Source: Candidatus Nanohaloarchaea archaeon
GTDB lineage: Archaea > Nanohalarchaeota > Nanosalinia > Nanosalinales > Nanosalinaceae
Assembly: GCA_042217665.1 (NCBI GenBank)
Contig: JBDGSH010000075.1
Coordinates: 1 to 38,987 of the forward strand
Length of the DNA stretch: 38,987 bases
Direction of reading: 5' to 3'
The stretch's first letter is position 1. Each line of letters begins with the position of its first letter. Shown here one piece after another: positions 1-8,342 of this stretch. The translations under genes were made by a program, and so were the position numbers. The notes beneath the pieces were generated by a model. That model ran no database searches, had not been told where the DNA came from, and saw nothing but the letters and a program-made list of their open reading frames with translations.

Positions 1-33
1 GTTTTAAATCCGGAATTCTACAAATAACGATTG

Positions 34-1338
34 ATGAGTTCTGAAATCAGCAAGGAGAAGCTTGAGAAAGAGTTGAAGGGTATAGAGTCAGAGATAGACG
101 ATCTTGAGGAAAGAGTCAAGGAGATCGAAGACAGGGATATGATGGCGGAGCTTGAGTCTCTGTCGCTGAAAGACGAAGTACAGGAAGTTGAGGAAATGCT
201 GAACCATATGGATCAGGAAGAGCTGGAGAAACGGCTCAACATGGTCGAACAGATCAAGGAAGAGTACAAGGAGGGTAAAGTCCACGAAAAACTGGAGTAT
301 CTCTACGAACAGGTGAAGGAGCTTAAACAGCGTGACCTGCCGGAATCAAGCTCCCAGGAATCCAAGGTCGACGAAAAAGTAGAAGAGCTTGAGGACCGGA
401 TTGAAAAGCTTCAGTCAACCGGCGAAATACCTGAAAAATACAAGAAAGCAGTTAGATCGAACTACAATACTTTACAGGACGTTAAAGCCAGGATTGCCAA
501 GCTGGAAACCCTTAAAGAAGAACTAGATGAGCTTAAGCAACAGGAAAGCGACGAAAAAACAGTTGAAAAGGTAAAAACCGTTGAGACGGAGGATTCTGAT
601 CTTTCTCACATAGAGTTTGACTTGAAATCGATCAAGTCAAGACTGGAGAAGATAGAGGATAAAACGCCAGAGGAACGTGTTAAAGAAGTTGAAGAGCTTA
701 GAAAACGAGTTGAAGACCTTGAACGTGGCGATGACAACCAGTTAGAAGCGTTTAAGAATGATGTAGAGCAGAAGATTCGTGAGATAGATCGTAAGTCCGC
801 AGAGAAATCTGAGTTGGAGGATAAAGCAGCCTCGATAAGGAAGGACTTCAGGAGAAACCTTGAAAGCCTGGAGAAGGAGCTGAAAGCTGAAATTAATGCT
901 ATTGAACGGCATGAAGAGTTTGAAGAATCCCTGGAAGCCGTTGAAAGGCGTGTAGAGAATCAGGAAGAGGAGGTTGAAGAGAAGATAGAGAACCTTACAG
1001 ACATTATACTCGACAATCAGAGCTATATTGAGGCGTTAGAAGACGAGATAGACTATCTCCACGAGAAGCTTGCCGAGAGACAGGTTAAAGACGATGAGGA
1101 GAAGTCTGAACGCGTGAAAGAGCTTGAAGAGAAAGTTAAAGATTTACAGAGCGAAGGAACTTCAGAAGATCAAGAAAGTATTGAAGAAGAGGAAGTATCG
1201 AGCGACATTGAACAAAAGATCGATAACCTGGCTGAACACGTTATCAAGAACCAGGAGAAGATTCATGAGCTTCAGCAAAAGATCCAGACCAAGCAGGTTC
1301 CACGTTCGGAAGCTGAAGACGTAACAATTATCAGTTAA
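34..1338 (+). CDS. Acidic coiled-coil protein, function unknown
   Basis: 435-aa ORF (track start TTG 31; ATG at 34). It is E/K/D/L-rich with recurring blocks such as VEELEDRIEKLQSTGE, VKELEEKVKDLQSEGT and VEELRKRVEDLERGDD. No catalytic motif was seen. A TATA-like TTTTAAAT at 2-9 lies ~28 nt upstream of the ATG. Confidence 0.6.
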   Translation: MSSEISKEKLEKELKGIESEIDDLEERVKEIEDRDMMAELESLSLKDEVQEVEEMLNHMDQEELEKRLNMVEQIKEEYKEGKVHEKLEYLYEQVKELKQRDLPESSSQESKVDEKVEELEDRIEKLQSTGEIPEKYKKAVRSNYNTLQDVKARIAKLETLKEELDELKQQESDEKTVEKVKTVETEDSDLSHIEFDLKSIKSRLEKIEDKTPEERVKEVEELRKRVEDLERGDDNQLEAFKNDVEQKIREIDRKSAEKSELEDKAASIRKDFRRNLESLEKELKAEINAIERHEEFEESLEAVERRVENQEEEVEEKIENLTDIILDNQSYIEALEDEIDYLHEKLAERQVKDDEEKSERVKELEEKVKDLQSEGTSEDQESIEEEEVSSDIEQKIDNLAEHVIKNQEKIHELQQKIQTKQVPRSEAEDVTIIS

Positions 1339-2209
1339 ACAGGTAGAATAGTAGCAGGAACCCTGAAGTAAACTCTGTAATTAGAAACGCTATTAAAAAC
1401 ACCGGTACGAATCGAATTCCTTCTCTAATTTCTACTTCATCCTTATCTAGCTCTTTTATTTCCTCTTCTGTAATGCCTTTAATTTTACCTCCCAGTTCTT
1501 CCTCTTTACCCAGTACCTCGCCTCCTTCCAGCTCCTCTACAGCTACTTCCTCCACCATGACTTCTTCCTGGATAACCATCAGAAATCTGTAGACAATGAT
1601 CAATAGTAGAAACATTACAAAGGTTGAAGCTCCGACAACCGGGCTATGTATCATGTTAACCAGTGAAAAAGCCGATACAGCTGAAACCTCTACCAAAACC
1701 CGTTTTCTCTCTTCTTCAATTTTTTTAAGGGTCAGAGAAAACACTTCAGGGCGCCAGGCTGCTTTATAGACCGCAAATACCATCGTGTACAGGAAGCCTG
1801 CGAACACCATATTGAACAGGAACTCCATAGGATAGAGCAGTTGAACGCCTGAAACCGGGAAAGGCGCTCCAAAACCGATCATGGAAAGCAGAAACGCATC
1901 CGCACCACCCCACATGTTTGTAAAGTACATAGACCAGCCTATAATACTGAAGACAACTCCTACAACCAGGCTTAGCAGCAATGGATCTCCCAGAGCTTGA
2001 AAATAGGTTACAGGATTGGTCAATAAGGTTTGGATGCTGAAAAGAGTGTCTATATTGAGCTGCGGGAGAGACGCCATTAGATGAAGAACTATACCGCCTA
2101 CAATCCCTGCTGCTGGGAAGACATCCGGTACCTCAGTAGTCTTCAGGTCAAAGACGGACGCGATGAACAGAATGCTGAAAACCGTGATGTGGGAAAAAAG
2201 CAGATACAT
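1331..2209 (-). CDS. A24-family aspartic signal peptidase (archaeal prepilin/preflagellin peptidase type) with archaeal-type C-terminal extension
   Basis: Polytopic membrane protein. The first Asp box is SVFDLKTTEVPD and the second is NMWGGADAFLL (a GxGD-like motif), spaced as in the FlaK/PibD family. The C-terminal part (EGGEVLGKEE...ITEEEIKELDKDEVEIREGIRFVPVF) plus a final TM resembles the archaeal A24 C-terminal domain. Start is placed at Met29 of the track ORF (ATG 2209): a TATA-like TTTTTATT (complement of 2233-2240) lies ~27 nt upstream, and the longer ORF would run into the divergent gene start at 2292. Confidence 0.7.
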   Translation of the reverse strand: MYLLFSHITVFSILFIASVFDLKTTEVPDVFPAAGIVGGIVLHLMASLPQLNIDTLFSIQTLLTNPVTYFQALGDPLLLSLVVGVVFSIIGWSMYFTNMWGGADAFLLSMIGFGAPFPVSGVQLLYPMEFLFNMVFAGFLYTMVFAVYKAAWRPEVFSLTLKKIEEERKRVLVEVSAVSAFSLVNMIHSPVVGASTFVMFLLLIIVYRFLMVIQEEVMVEEVAVEELEGGEVLGKEEELGGKIKGITEEEIKELDKDEVEIREGIRFVPVFLIAFLITEFTSGFLLLFYLFN

Positions 2210-2232
2210 TAAACCAGAGTTACCGGCTGAAG

Positions 2233-2268
2233 AATAAAAAGCGAACCGAAAAAACCCTGATTTTATAT
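2233..2268. promoter_or_regulatory. Divergent TATA pair (complement of 2233-2240 for the peptidase; 2261-2268 for the PEP-enzyme-like gene)
   Basis: TTTTTATT (minus strand) is centred ~27 nt from ATG 2209. TTTTATAT (plus strand) is centred ~27 nt from ATG 2292. Confidence 0.45.
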
Positions 2269-2291
2269 TCCAGAACACTCTAACCAAATAC

Positions 2292-4379
2292 ATGGGCGGA
2301 TTGAAAACACTCGAAACAGCAAATACCGACCAGGAACTCGAAGAATTCCCTCAACTACAGCTTCTAAACCAACTCGAAAACGAAATACCGGTTTCAGAAA
2401 CACTGATCCTGGGACCAAGCTACTTCAAGCAGCTACTGGACCAAAACCGGCTTAAACCCAAGATAGAAGATCTGAAACGTAATATAAACGAAGAAAAAAC
2501 AGTAGCAATCGAATCAAGACTCAGACAGATACAAGCCCAGATACAGAACGCCAACCTGCCAAAAATACAGGAAATAATAGAAAAACTTGACGAAAACAGC
2601 GGTTTCTACACTTTAACACTTCACTCGCCGATTTCAGACAACAAGAAAAACTTTTCAGAAAGCTCAGCATCAGAAATCGAAGCAAAGATCAAACAAAGCT
2701 TCGCCGGATTCTTCAGCCGAGAAAACGTGTTAAAAGACGAGAAAGGAGAGAAAAACCTGTACCGAAACCTTCCAGCACTCACAATACAGAAAGTACCTGA
2801 AAAACCTGTATCAGGCAGCATAAACAAACTACAGGACAATATAATAGAGCTAGAAGCCGGAAAAGGCTTCAACCATCAGAAAAAGAATAAAATCAAGCTG
2901 GACAGGTATAGATTATTCGAAAAATCCGGACAACTACTGAATAGAAACATTAAGAAACAGAGATACAGGAACGTGTTCAAAGACGGAGAAACTGTACGGG
3001 AAGAAACTGAAGGAGGCGAGAGCACGTTGACAGACAACCAGGCACGAGAACTAGGCAACTACGCATCCAAAATCGGCGAACACATGGAAAGCTTTAGCGC
3101 CAACTGGATATACGATCCGAAAACAAAGAAGTTAAGCATCCAGGAGATAAAACAGGTTGATTTCAGTCAAAAACCCGAACTAGCGCTTCTAAACTCAGAT
3201 AAACCGATACTTGAAGGAAAAGCCCTAGGAAGCGGAGTAACAACAGGCAAAATAACTATTAGAAACAACAAATCACAGAAGAAACAAGTCTCAGAGATTT
3301 TAGTCGCGGACAACGCCTCACAGATCCGGAAAGACGATCTTGAAGATGTTTCCGCGGTTGTATTAAACCAGGAAGAGTCTCTGGAGCGGATGGAACCTTT
3401 ACTGGAGAAAAACGTTAAAATCATACACGGATCTGGCTCAGCGACCTCAAAGCTACATGAAAACCAGAAAGCAACGATCAAAATGATCGATGGAGAAGCT
3501 AAAATCTATAACCGGTGTGAAAAAACGGAGATAGACACCGGCTGGGTCGAGAAGTTTAAACCTTTGATAGATCTTGACAACGGAAAACTGGATACGGACG
3601 CTCTCAGCAGCTTCAACGGCTATCTAGAAAGCGTTAAAATCTCCGAGGAGGAAGCAAAGCAGGAAGCTGCCAGAATTTACCCTGAAAAGCTTTTGCTGGA
3701 GATGGAGGATGAAATCGATATTGAAACAGTGAAAGAATGCCGTGAGAAGGGGCTTGACAACGTTAAACCTGTTGTGCCTTCAACCAGTCTGGACAAGGCA
3801 GAGGAGCTTAAAGGCCTACTGAAACGTGAGGATCTGGCAGAAGAGGTCTACATGGCTGTATCGAAGCCTTCGAACGTTTTCTCTGCCTCAGTTCTCGGAG
3901 AACTTTTCGACGGCTTTATATTCGACCTGGACGGGTTCGCGGACAACCTGGAGGAAGAAAATTATAGCCAGGCCGTTACAACCGGTTTAAAACGATTTGT
4001 GGAGCGTGCCAGAGCCCAGAATAGTTCGGTAGCGGTGAAGATCGGACAGGAAGTACCTAAAACGGTTTTCGACTACCTTTACGAGCTGGAGGTTGAATCG
4101 GTTTCACTCAACGAGTATACTTCTGAGGCGCTCTCCGACTGGCAGCCTTCCGAGGAGCAGAACATGGAGCTTGATCTGGAGTCGATGATCGGCGCACCCG
4201 CCAATAGAGTAGAATCTGTCTTAGAGGATCACGGAGCGCTGACCGCGCAAAAAATGCTGGACCATCTGCCTTCCAAGATTGATGGAGGAAGCCTTCACCA
4301 GGCTCTGGGCTGGCTGGCTAAAGAAGGTAGAATAGAAACAAAAGTTAAGGAAGGAGAGGTTTTCTACACGCTGAACTAG
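2292..4379 (+). CDS. PEP-utilising-enzyme-like protein (PPDK_N/ATP-grasp-like N-terminus, swivel-domain-like middle lacking the phospho-His, C-terminal winged-helix-like domain)
   Basis: aa ~37-288 follow the PEP synthase/PPDK N-terminal pattern (KIKQSFAGFFSRENV; PALTIQKVPEKPVSGS; ELEAGKGFNHQ; ANWIYDPKTKKLSIQEIKQV, compare DIEWA...lQaRP). aa ~305-406 follow the mobile-domain pattern (GKALGSGVTTGKITI...EILVADNAS...VSAVVLNQEES...IKMIDGEAKIY), but the GGxTSHAAI phospho-His motif is replaced by NQEESLERMEP. The last ~60 aa (LTAQKMLDHLPSKIDGGSLHQALGWLAKEGRIETKVKEGEVFYTL) look like a wHTH. TATA TTTTATAT at 2261-2268. Confidence 0.45.
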   Translation: MGGLKTLETANTDQELEEFPQLQLLNQLENEIPVSETLILGPSYFKQLLDQNRLKPKIEDLKRNINEEKTVAIESRLRQIQAQIQNANLPKIQEIIEKLDENSGFYTLTLHSPISDNKKNFSESSASEIEAKIKQSFAGFFSRENVLKDEKGEKNLYRNLPALTIQKVPEKPVSGSINKLQDNIIELEAGKGFNHQKKNKIKLDRYRLFEKSGQLLNRNIKKQRYRNVFKDGETVREETEGGESTLTDNQARELGNYASKIGEHMESFSANWIYDPKTKKLSIQEIKQVDFSQKPELALLNSDKPILEGKALGSGVTTGKITIRNNKSQKKQVSEILVADNASQIRKDDLEDVSAVVLNQEESLERMEPLLEKNVKIIHGSGSATSKLHENQKATIKMIDGEAKIYNRCEKTEIDTGWVEKFKPLIDLDNGKLDTDALSSFNGYLESVKISEEEAKQEAARIYPEKLLLEMEDEIDIETVKECREKGLDNVKPVVPSTSLDKAEELKGLLKREDLAEEVYMAVSKPSNVFSASVLGELFDGFIFDLDGFADNLEEENYSQAVTTGLKRFVERARAQNSSVAVKIGQEVPKTVFDYLYELEVESVSLNEYTSEALSDWQPSEEQNMELDLESMIGAPANRVESVLEDHGALTAQKMLDHLPSKIDGGSLHQALGWLAKEGRIETKVKEGEVFYTLN

Positions 4380-4786
4380 GCTTCAACGTCGATAATCTGT
4401 TCTTCAACCTGTTTGCCGTCGTGCTTCAGCTGGACCTTGTATCTTCCAGGCTTCAAAGGCTGTGTCTCTGCGTCGTAAACTACTGACGCAACACAGTTAT
4501 TATAGAAGCTGTCGGGCTTCTCCGTCTCCTCTGCTTTGATGTTCAACGTGATTGTTGAACCTTTGCTGTACGAGAAGCTTAGATCCGAGCTAATCGTGTT
4601 TACCGGGAAGTTGCCTTTGAAGTGAAGCGAGTTGTCCTCAGCGAGCCTGAACTCTCCCTGCGGGTTTTTGTTGTATCTGCACTCTGTCTCTAGATCTTTG
4701 AAGTCGATACTGCTGGCTCCTGTAAACGCCAGTAAGCCTATTCCAGCCACGAGTACGAGAACCGCCAAACCAATTAACTTGTTCAT
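4376..4786 (-). CDS. Small secreted or membrane-anchored beta-rich protein, unknown function
   Basis: N-terminal hydrophobic signal/anchor MNKLIGLAVLVLVAGIGLLAFTGASS, followed by ~110 aa of beta-rich sequence with two Cys. The track start is GTG 4792; ATG 4786 is preferred because TATATAAA (complement of 4809-4816) lies ~26 nt upstream. Confidence 0.55.
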   Translation of the reverse strand: MNKLIGLAVLVLVAGIGLLAFTGASSIDFKDLETECRYNKNPQGEFRLAEDNSLHFKGNFPVNTISSDLSFSYSKGSTITLNIKAEETEKPDSFYNNCVASVVYDAETQPLKPGRYKVQLKHDGKQVEEQIIDVEA

Positions 4787-4808
4787 AACCACTAATAACT
4801 CACAAAAA

Positions 4809-4856
4809 TTTATATAGGTGTACGGTTCCAGCCGCCAGCGACGGTGTATTTATTAA
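4809..4856. promoter_or_regulatory. Divergent TATA pair (complement of 4809-4816 for the 4786 gene; 4847-4856 for the MinD-like gene)
   Basis: TATATAAA (minus strand) is centred ~26 nt from ATG 4786. TATTTATTAA (plus strand) is centred ~30 nt from ATG 4882. Confidence 0.4.
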
Positions 4857-4881
4857 CCGCGAGATTCTAAACTTTTGTAGA

Positions 4882-5661
4882 ATGAGCGAAGGACGAGTAA
4901 TCGGACTGGTATCCGGCAAAGGCGGCGTAGGAAAGACTAGCCTATCAGTCAACCTAGGAATCGCGCTAAGCGAATTCGGCAACGAAGTAACCATAATAGA
5001 CACAGACTTCTCCGCATCCAACCTGGGAGTACACCTCGGACGGTACGAACACCCTGTAAAAGTACAGGACGTACTAAAAGGCGACTCACACCCGGAGAAA
5101 GCTATATTCAGGCATCCAGCAGGGATAAAAGCCGCCGTATCCTCCAACGAGATCTCAGAGGTAGAACCGGATACAACAAACATCAGAAGAATGATGGAAG
5201 AAGCCAAGAAACGCTCAGACTACGTAATAGTCGACTCGCCGCCCGGACTCAACAGCAACGTCGAATCCATTATGCAGGCATGCGACGAACTGCTCATCAT
5301 CACGATGCCGACACAGACAGCGTCAATCAACGCCGCACAGATAATTGAACGGGCGAAACAGTTCCAGCAACCGGTTCTAGGCACCGTAGTCAACAAGGTA
5401 GAGGACGATCCCTCCAAAGAGCTGATAGAGCGGGAGATCGAGATGATGACAGAGTCACACATCATGGCGAAGATTCCTCACGACAACATAATGAAGGAGA
5501 GCCTGTTCGAAAACACGCCGCTGCTGCATTACGAACCGTTCGCAGAAGCCTCACTTCAGATAAAAGAGCTGGCGGCGGATCTGGACGGCAGACAGTTCGA
5601 AAGACCTAAACTGGCGCCTGTAAAACGGATAGTAAACGATTTGAAGAGAAAAATTGACTAA
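4882..5661 (+). CDS. MinD/ParA-family P-loop ATPase (archaeal MinD-like)
   Basis: Deviant Walker A with signature lysine (GLVSGKGGVGKTSLSVNLG), IIDTD (Walker A'), Walker B-like DYVIVDSPPG, and VVNKV. The basic amphipathic C-terminus (VKRIVNDLKRKI) is a possible membrane-targeting helix. Confidence 0.85.
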   Translation: MSEGRVIGLVSGKGGVGKTSLSVNLGIALSEFGNEVTIIDTDFSASNLGVHLGRYEHPVKVQDVLKGDSHPEKAIFRHPAGIKAAVSSNEISEVEPDTTNIRRMMEEAKKRSDYVIVDSPPGLNSNVESIMQACDELLIITMPTQTASINAAQIIERAKQFQQPVLGTVVNKVEDDPSKELIEREIEMMTESHIMAKIPHDNIMKESLFENTPLLHYEPFAEASLQIKELAADLDGRQFERPKLAPVKRIVNDLKRKID

Positions 5662-5673
5662 AATTGCTTTCAG

Positions 5674-5684
5674 ATAATTTTTTA
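5674..5684 (+). terminator. Oligo-T run (T6 at 5678-5683) in the 20-nt gap between convergent genes
   Basis: The sequence aattttttag follows the MinD-like stop (5659-5661) directly. Archaeal termination commonly uses oligo-T tracts. The run overlaps the stop codon of the convergent minus-strand gene. Confidence 0.3.
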
Positions 5685-8342
5685 GTGTGAGTTCTGTTTG
5701 TGGATTCTTAATGCTGCGGAGGAGTCGAAGCTTTCGCCGCATTCCCCGCAGACATTTTCTTCGCCGCTGCCCTGCTGTTTCTCTTCTTCACTGACTGTAT
5801 TCGTTGACGAGCTCTCTGAATCAAGAGCCGGACCTGAATTTTTTGGCTCTACATCGATTACTCCTGAAGAAGTTCTGCCTCTTGAACCGCCTCTTCCGCC
5901 GCTTCTGTAGCTGTCTCTGCCTCTTCCTCCTCTGCCGTCTCCTTTCTTCTTTTTGATGGCTGTCGCCAGTACAAGTATAAACACGGTCAGGATTCCGATC
6001 ACCAGGTTGAAGTCGCTCTGTTCCTTGATGAAGTCGCCGGATGGAAGGCTGTCCGCCAGCGAGCCTCCCGAGTCCTGTTTTTTGGAGCTGGATTTCTTTT
6101 GTGCGGGTTTATCTTTCATTATCTGGGCCTGAAGCGAGACCAGGTCGTTTACTTTTCCTCCTGCCTGACCTGTGACCTCCAGCTTCACTGTCTTGTACTT
6201 GTTACAGCTGTTGCTGCAGTAGTCGGAGGGGAGCTCAACGTTTAACACTGATTTCTTGGCTTCTCCAGGCTTTAGTTTATCCCAGCTCTGTCTGGTGAAG
6301 TTGTACCAGTTGTTGTTGAAGCCGTTAACCGATAGCTTGACGTCTTTGATCGTTGCCTGACCTGAGTTGAGTACTGTTAGCTCGGATCTGGAGACGTCTC
6401 CTACGTAGAACTGTGTGGTGTCCGGTGCTTGAAGTGTTAGTTCTTTGGATGTGTAGGTCTGGAACGTTGTCTTAAGTTTTTTCTCGTATCGGGAGTACGG
6501 TTTTTTCTCCGCGATTACCTTGAAACTGTATACTCCTGTTTTTTGGGGAGCGGTTATCGAGCCTGAGAACAGTCCGTTGCCGTTGGTGACGAAGTCTTTT
6601 GATTTTACCGGTTTGTTTTTGCTGTTCAGGATTTTCACTGTTACCTTGGCGTTGGCGACTTCCTGTTCTGACGGTGTCGTGATTTTTCCCTGTATGTTCA
6701 GGTTTCCTCCTTTCTCCACCCTGTCGCTTGAGAGTTCGAAGCTGTTAAGCGTGAGAGGGGTCATCTTGACAACCATATAACCGTTCATCAGGATGGGGGA
6801 GCCTGTGGCGTTGTATTTTGAGACAGGGAAAGTGACTCTTCCCACTGTAGGATGTATATCTGAGTTCTGGAGCTCTACCTGTTTCCATTTGCTGCCCGAG
6901 TAACAGCTGACGCCGTTAATGTTCCAGCCCACGCATTCGTAGACCTCCAGCCGGGAAGGGTTAACTTTGCTTGTGTCGTATTCCAGCGACATTCTTCCTT
7001 CTTCAAACGGGTAGCCGAACCAGACAGCTACAGCGTTCGCAACAGTTACTCCTTCCATGGATTTTGATACTTCTCCTATAGGTATTTCATCGTAGCGGAT
7101 GTTTCCGACCGCCACACCGTTTTGAACCGTGTTCTTGGATTCTTTGAGCGTCACTCCTTTCAGTGAGAGCCTGGCTTCCGGAAAGCTGATGCTGAAGTTG
7201 TATGAACCGGGTAATAGATTGGCGGAGTACTTTCCTCCTTTCACGTCTACTCTGCGTGAGAATCCTTCTTTGTCGAACGTTATCTGGCCGTCCACCGATT
7301 TCCCTGCTGCGTCAGTTATCGCTCCTTCGAAAAGTATGTATTTTGAGACCTGGAACTCCGTTATGTTGACACCGCCGTTCTTGTTCAGGCCTATGATGAA
7401 CTTGTAACGTCCTAGCGGCAGCTCCGGTATCTTGTTCAGCTTTAGGCCGTAAGTTCCTGGTCCCAGATACGTTGAGCCTACGACCTTGTTGTTCATGTAT
7501 TTCTCTATAACAGTGTTGTTCTCCGTCTCCATGTCCTTTATCTTGAGGTAGAAGTCTTCAGGCAGCAGATCATTCTGTTTTTCTCCTTTTCTGGTGATCA
7601 ATGCCTCTACGTAGAGTTTTTTTAGGTTCTGGTAGGCTATCTCTCCGTTCTCCGGTGTCTTGTTTACTATTTTGCGCTGCCAGGTCGGTTTGATATCCAG
7701 CATCAGCGGTGTCTCCGTGTTGACCGTGAAACCTCCTGGCTTGTACTTAATACCGGTGAAGATCGATTTCTGGCCTGAAACACCTTCTTCCGGTATGGTT
7801 GCGTCTACTCTCAAGAGTTTTTTGTCGTTTGTCGGACTGCTTTGAAGTTTTTCTCCTGTCCTGAACTCTGTTTTTAGCTCTACTTCGCCTGGCGAGAGAT
7901 CTACGGTTTCTCCGTTTATCAGTGCTTTTAGATAGAAGGTTACGTCGCTTCCTTTGTATGCTTTGACCTCTGCCGGCGTGTCTACTCTTTTGAGCTGGAA
8001 GTGGTTGACCTTGAAGCTTTCGTTTTCCTGGTTTCCGCAGCTTAGTCTGGCCTTGTAATCGCCTGTGTTTTCTTTCAGAAGGTCTGTGCCGATTTCGTAG
8101 CTGAAGCTATCTCCTGAAACTGTTTTTCCTCCTTTAAGTGGTTCTCCGTTATGTATTAGACTGATGGTTGGGTCTGTGCTGTTGCAGTTGAAGTTTCCCG
8201 TTATGGCTACTTCGTCGCCCACATCTTTGTGGATCCAGATCGTGTGTTTGTCCAGGCTTAGGGAGGCTGCGGCTGCTGTGGCAGCGAAGAGTGCCGTGAT
8301 TGTTAGAAGTGTGAAGAATCTTTGGAGGGTTTTGGAAGCCAT
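5682..8342 (-). CDS. Type-I membrane surface protein: signal peptide, multi-beta-sandwich ectodomain, TM, cytoplasmic RGG-rich tail with C-terminal C2H2 zinc finger
   Basis: Signal peptide MASKTLQRFFTLLTITALFAATAAAAS. One segment is carboxypeptidase-regulatory-like (GAITDAAGKSVDGQITFDKEGFSRRVDVKGGKYSANLLPGSYNFSI). A membrane-proximal segment is CARDB/NEW3-like (ELTVLNSGQATIKDVKLSV...LKPGEAKKSVLNVELP). TM FNLVIGILTVFILVLATAI is followed by KKKKGDGRGGRGR...CGECGESFDSSAALRIHKQNSH. The ATG overlaps the upstream stop by 1 nt (TAATG on the minus strand at 8340-8344). Confidence 0.8.
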   Translation of the reverse strand: MASKTLQRFFTLLTITALFAATAAAASLSLDKHTIWIHKDVGDEVAITGNFNCNSTDPTISLIHNGEPLKGGKTVSGDSFSYEIGTDLLKENTGDYKARLSCGNQENESFKVNHFQLKRVDTPAEVKAYKGSDVTFYLKALINGETVDLSPGEVELKTEFRTGEKLQSSPTNDKKLLRVDATIPEEGVSGQKSIFTGIKYKPGGFTVNTETPLMLDIKPTWQRKIVNKTPENGEIAYQNLKKLYVEALITRKGEKQNDLLPEDFYLKIKDMETENNTVIEKYMNNKVVGSTYLGPGTYGLKLNKIPELPLGRYKFIIGLNKNGGVNITEFQVSKYILFEGAITDAAGKSVDGQITFDKEGFSRRVDVKGGKYSANLLPGSYNFSISFPEARLSLKGVTLKESKNTVQNGVAVGNIRYDEIPIGEVSKSMEGVTVANAVAVWFGYPFEEGRMSLEYDTSKVNPSRLEVYECVGWNINGVSCYSGSKWKQVELQNSDIHPTVGRVTFPVSKYNATGSPILMNGYMVVKMTPLTLNSFELSSDRVEKGGNLNIQGKITTPSEQEVANAKVTVKILNSKNKPVKSKDFVTNGNGLFSGSITAPQKTGVYSFKVIAEKKPYSRYEKKLKTTFQTYTSKELTLQAPDTTQFYVGDVSRSELTVLNSGQATIKDVKLSVNGFNNNWYNFTRQSWDKLKPGEAKKSVLNVELPSDYCSNSCNKYKTVKLEVTGQAGGKVNDLVSLQAQIMKDKPAQKKSSSKKQDSGGSLADSLPSGDFIKEQSDFNLVIGILTVFILVLATAIKKKKGDGRGGRGRDSYRSGGRGGSRGRTSSGVIDVEPKNSGPALDSESSSTNTVSEEEKQQGSGEENVCGECGESFDSSAALRIHKQNSH
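5685..5750 (-). other. Classical C2H2 zinc-finger motif (last 22 aa of the 886-aa protein)
   Basis: I translated the reverse complement of 5685-5750 directly: CGECGESFDSSAALRIHKQNSH. This matches C-x2-C-x3-F-x5-L-x2-H-x4-H, the canonical C2H2 consensus including the conserved F and L. Confidence 0.75.
5874..5942 (-). other. RGG/RG-rich low-complexity segment in the cytoplasmic tail
   Basis: GDGRGGRGRDSYRSGGRGGSRGR lies immediately after the TM helix and the KKKK stop-transfer signal. Confidence 0.7.

Noticed and set aside
2210-2293. The 28-codon N-terminal extension of the A24 peptidase ORF.
   Set aside because: It would overlap the divergent gene start at 2292 and cover both TATA boxes. 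ATG 2209 lies ~27 nt from a TATA box and leaves the first TM and catalytic Asp intact.
4800-5207. 135-aa minus-strand ORF antisense to the MinD-like gene; also 5220..5465 and 5551..5742.
   Set aside because: They are antisense to a gene with unambiguous Walker motifs. They have no motifs of their own and an S/T/P/L-rich composition.
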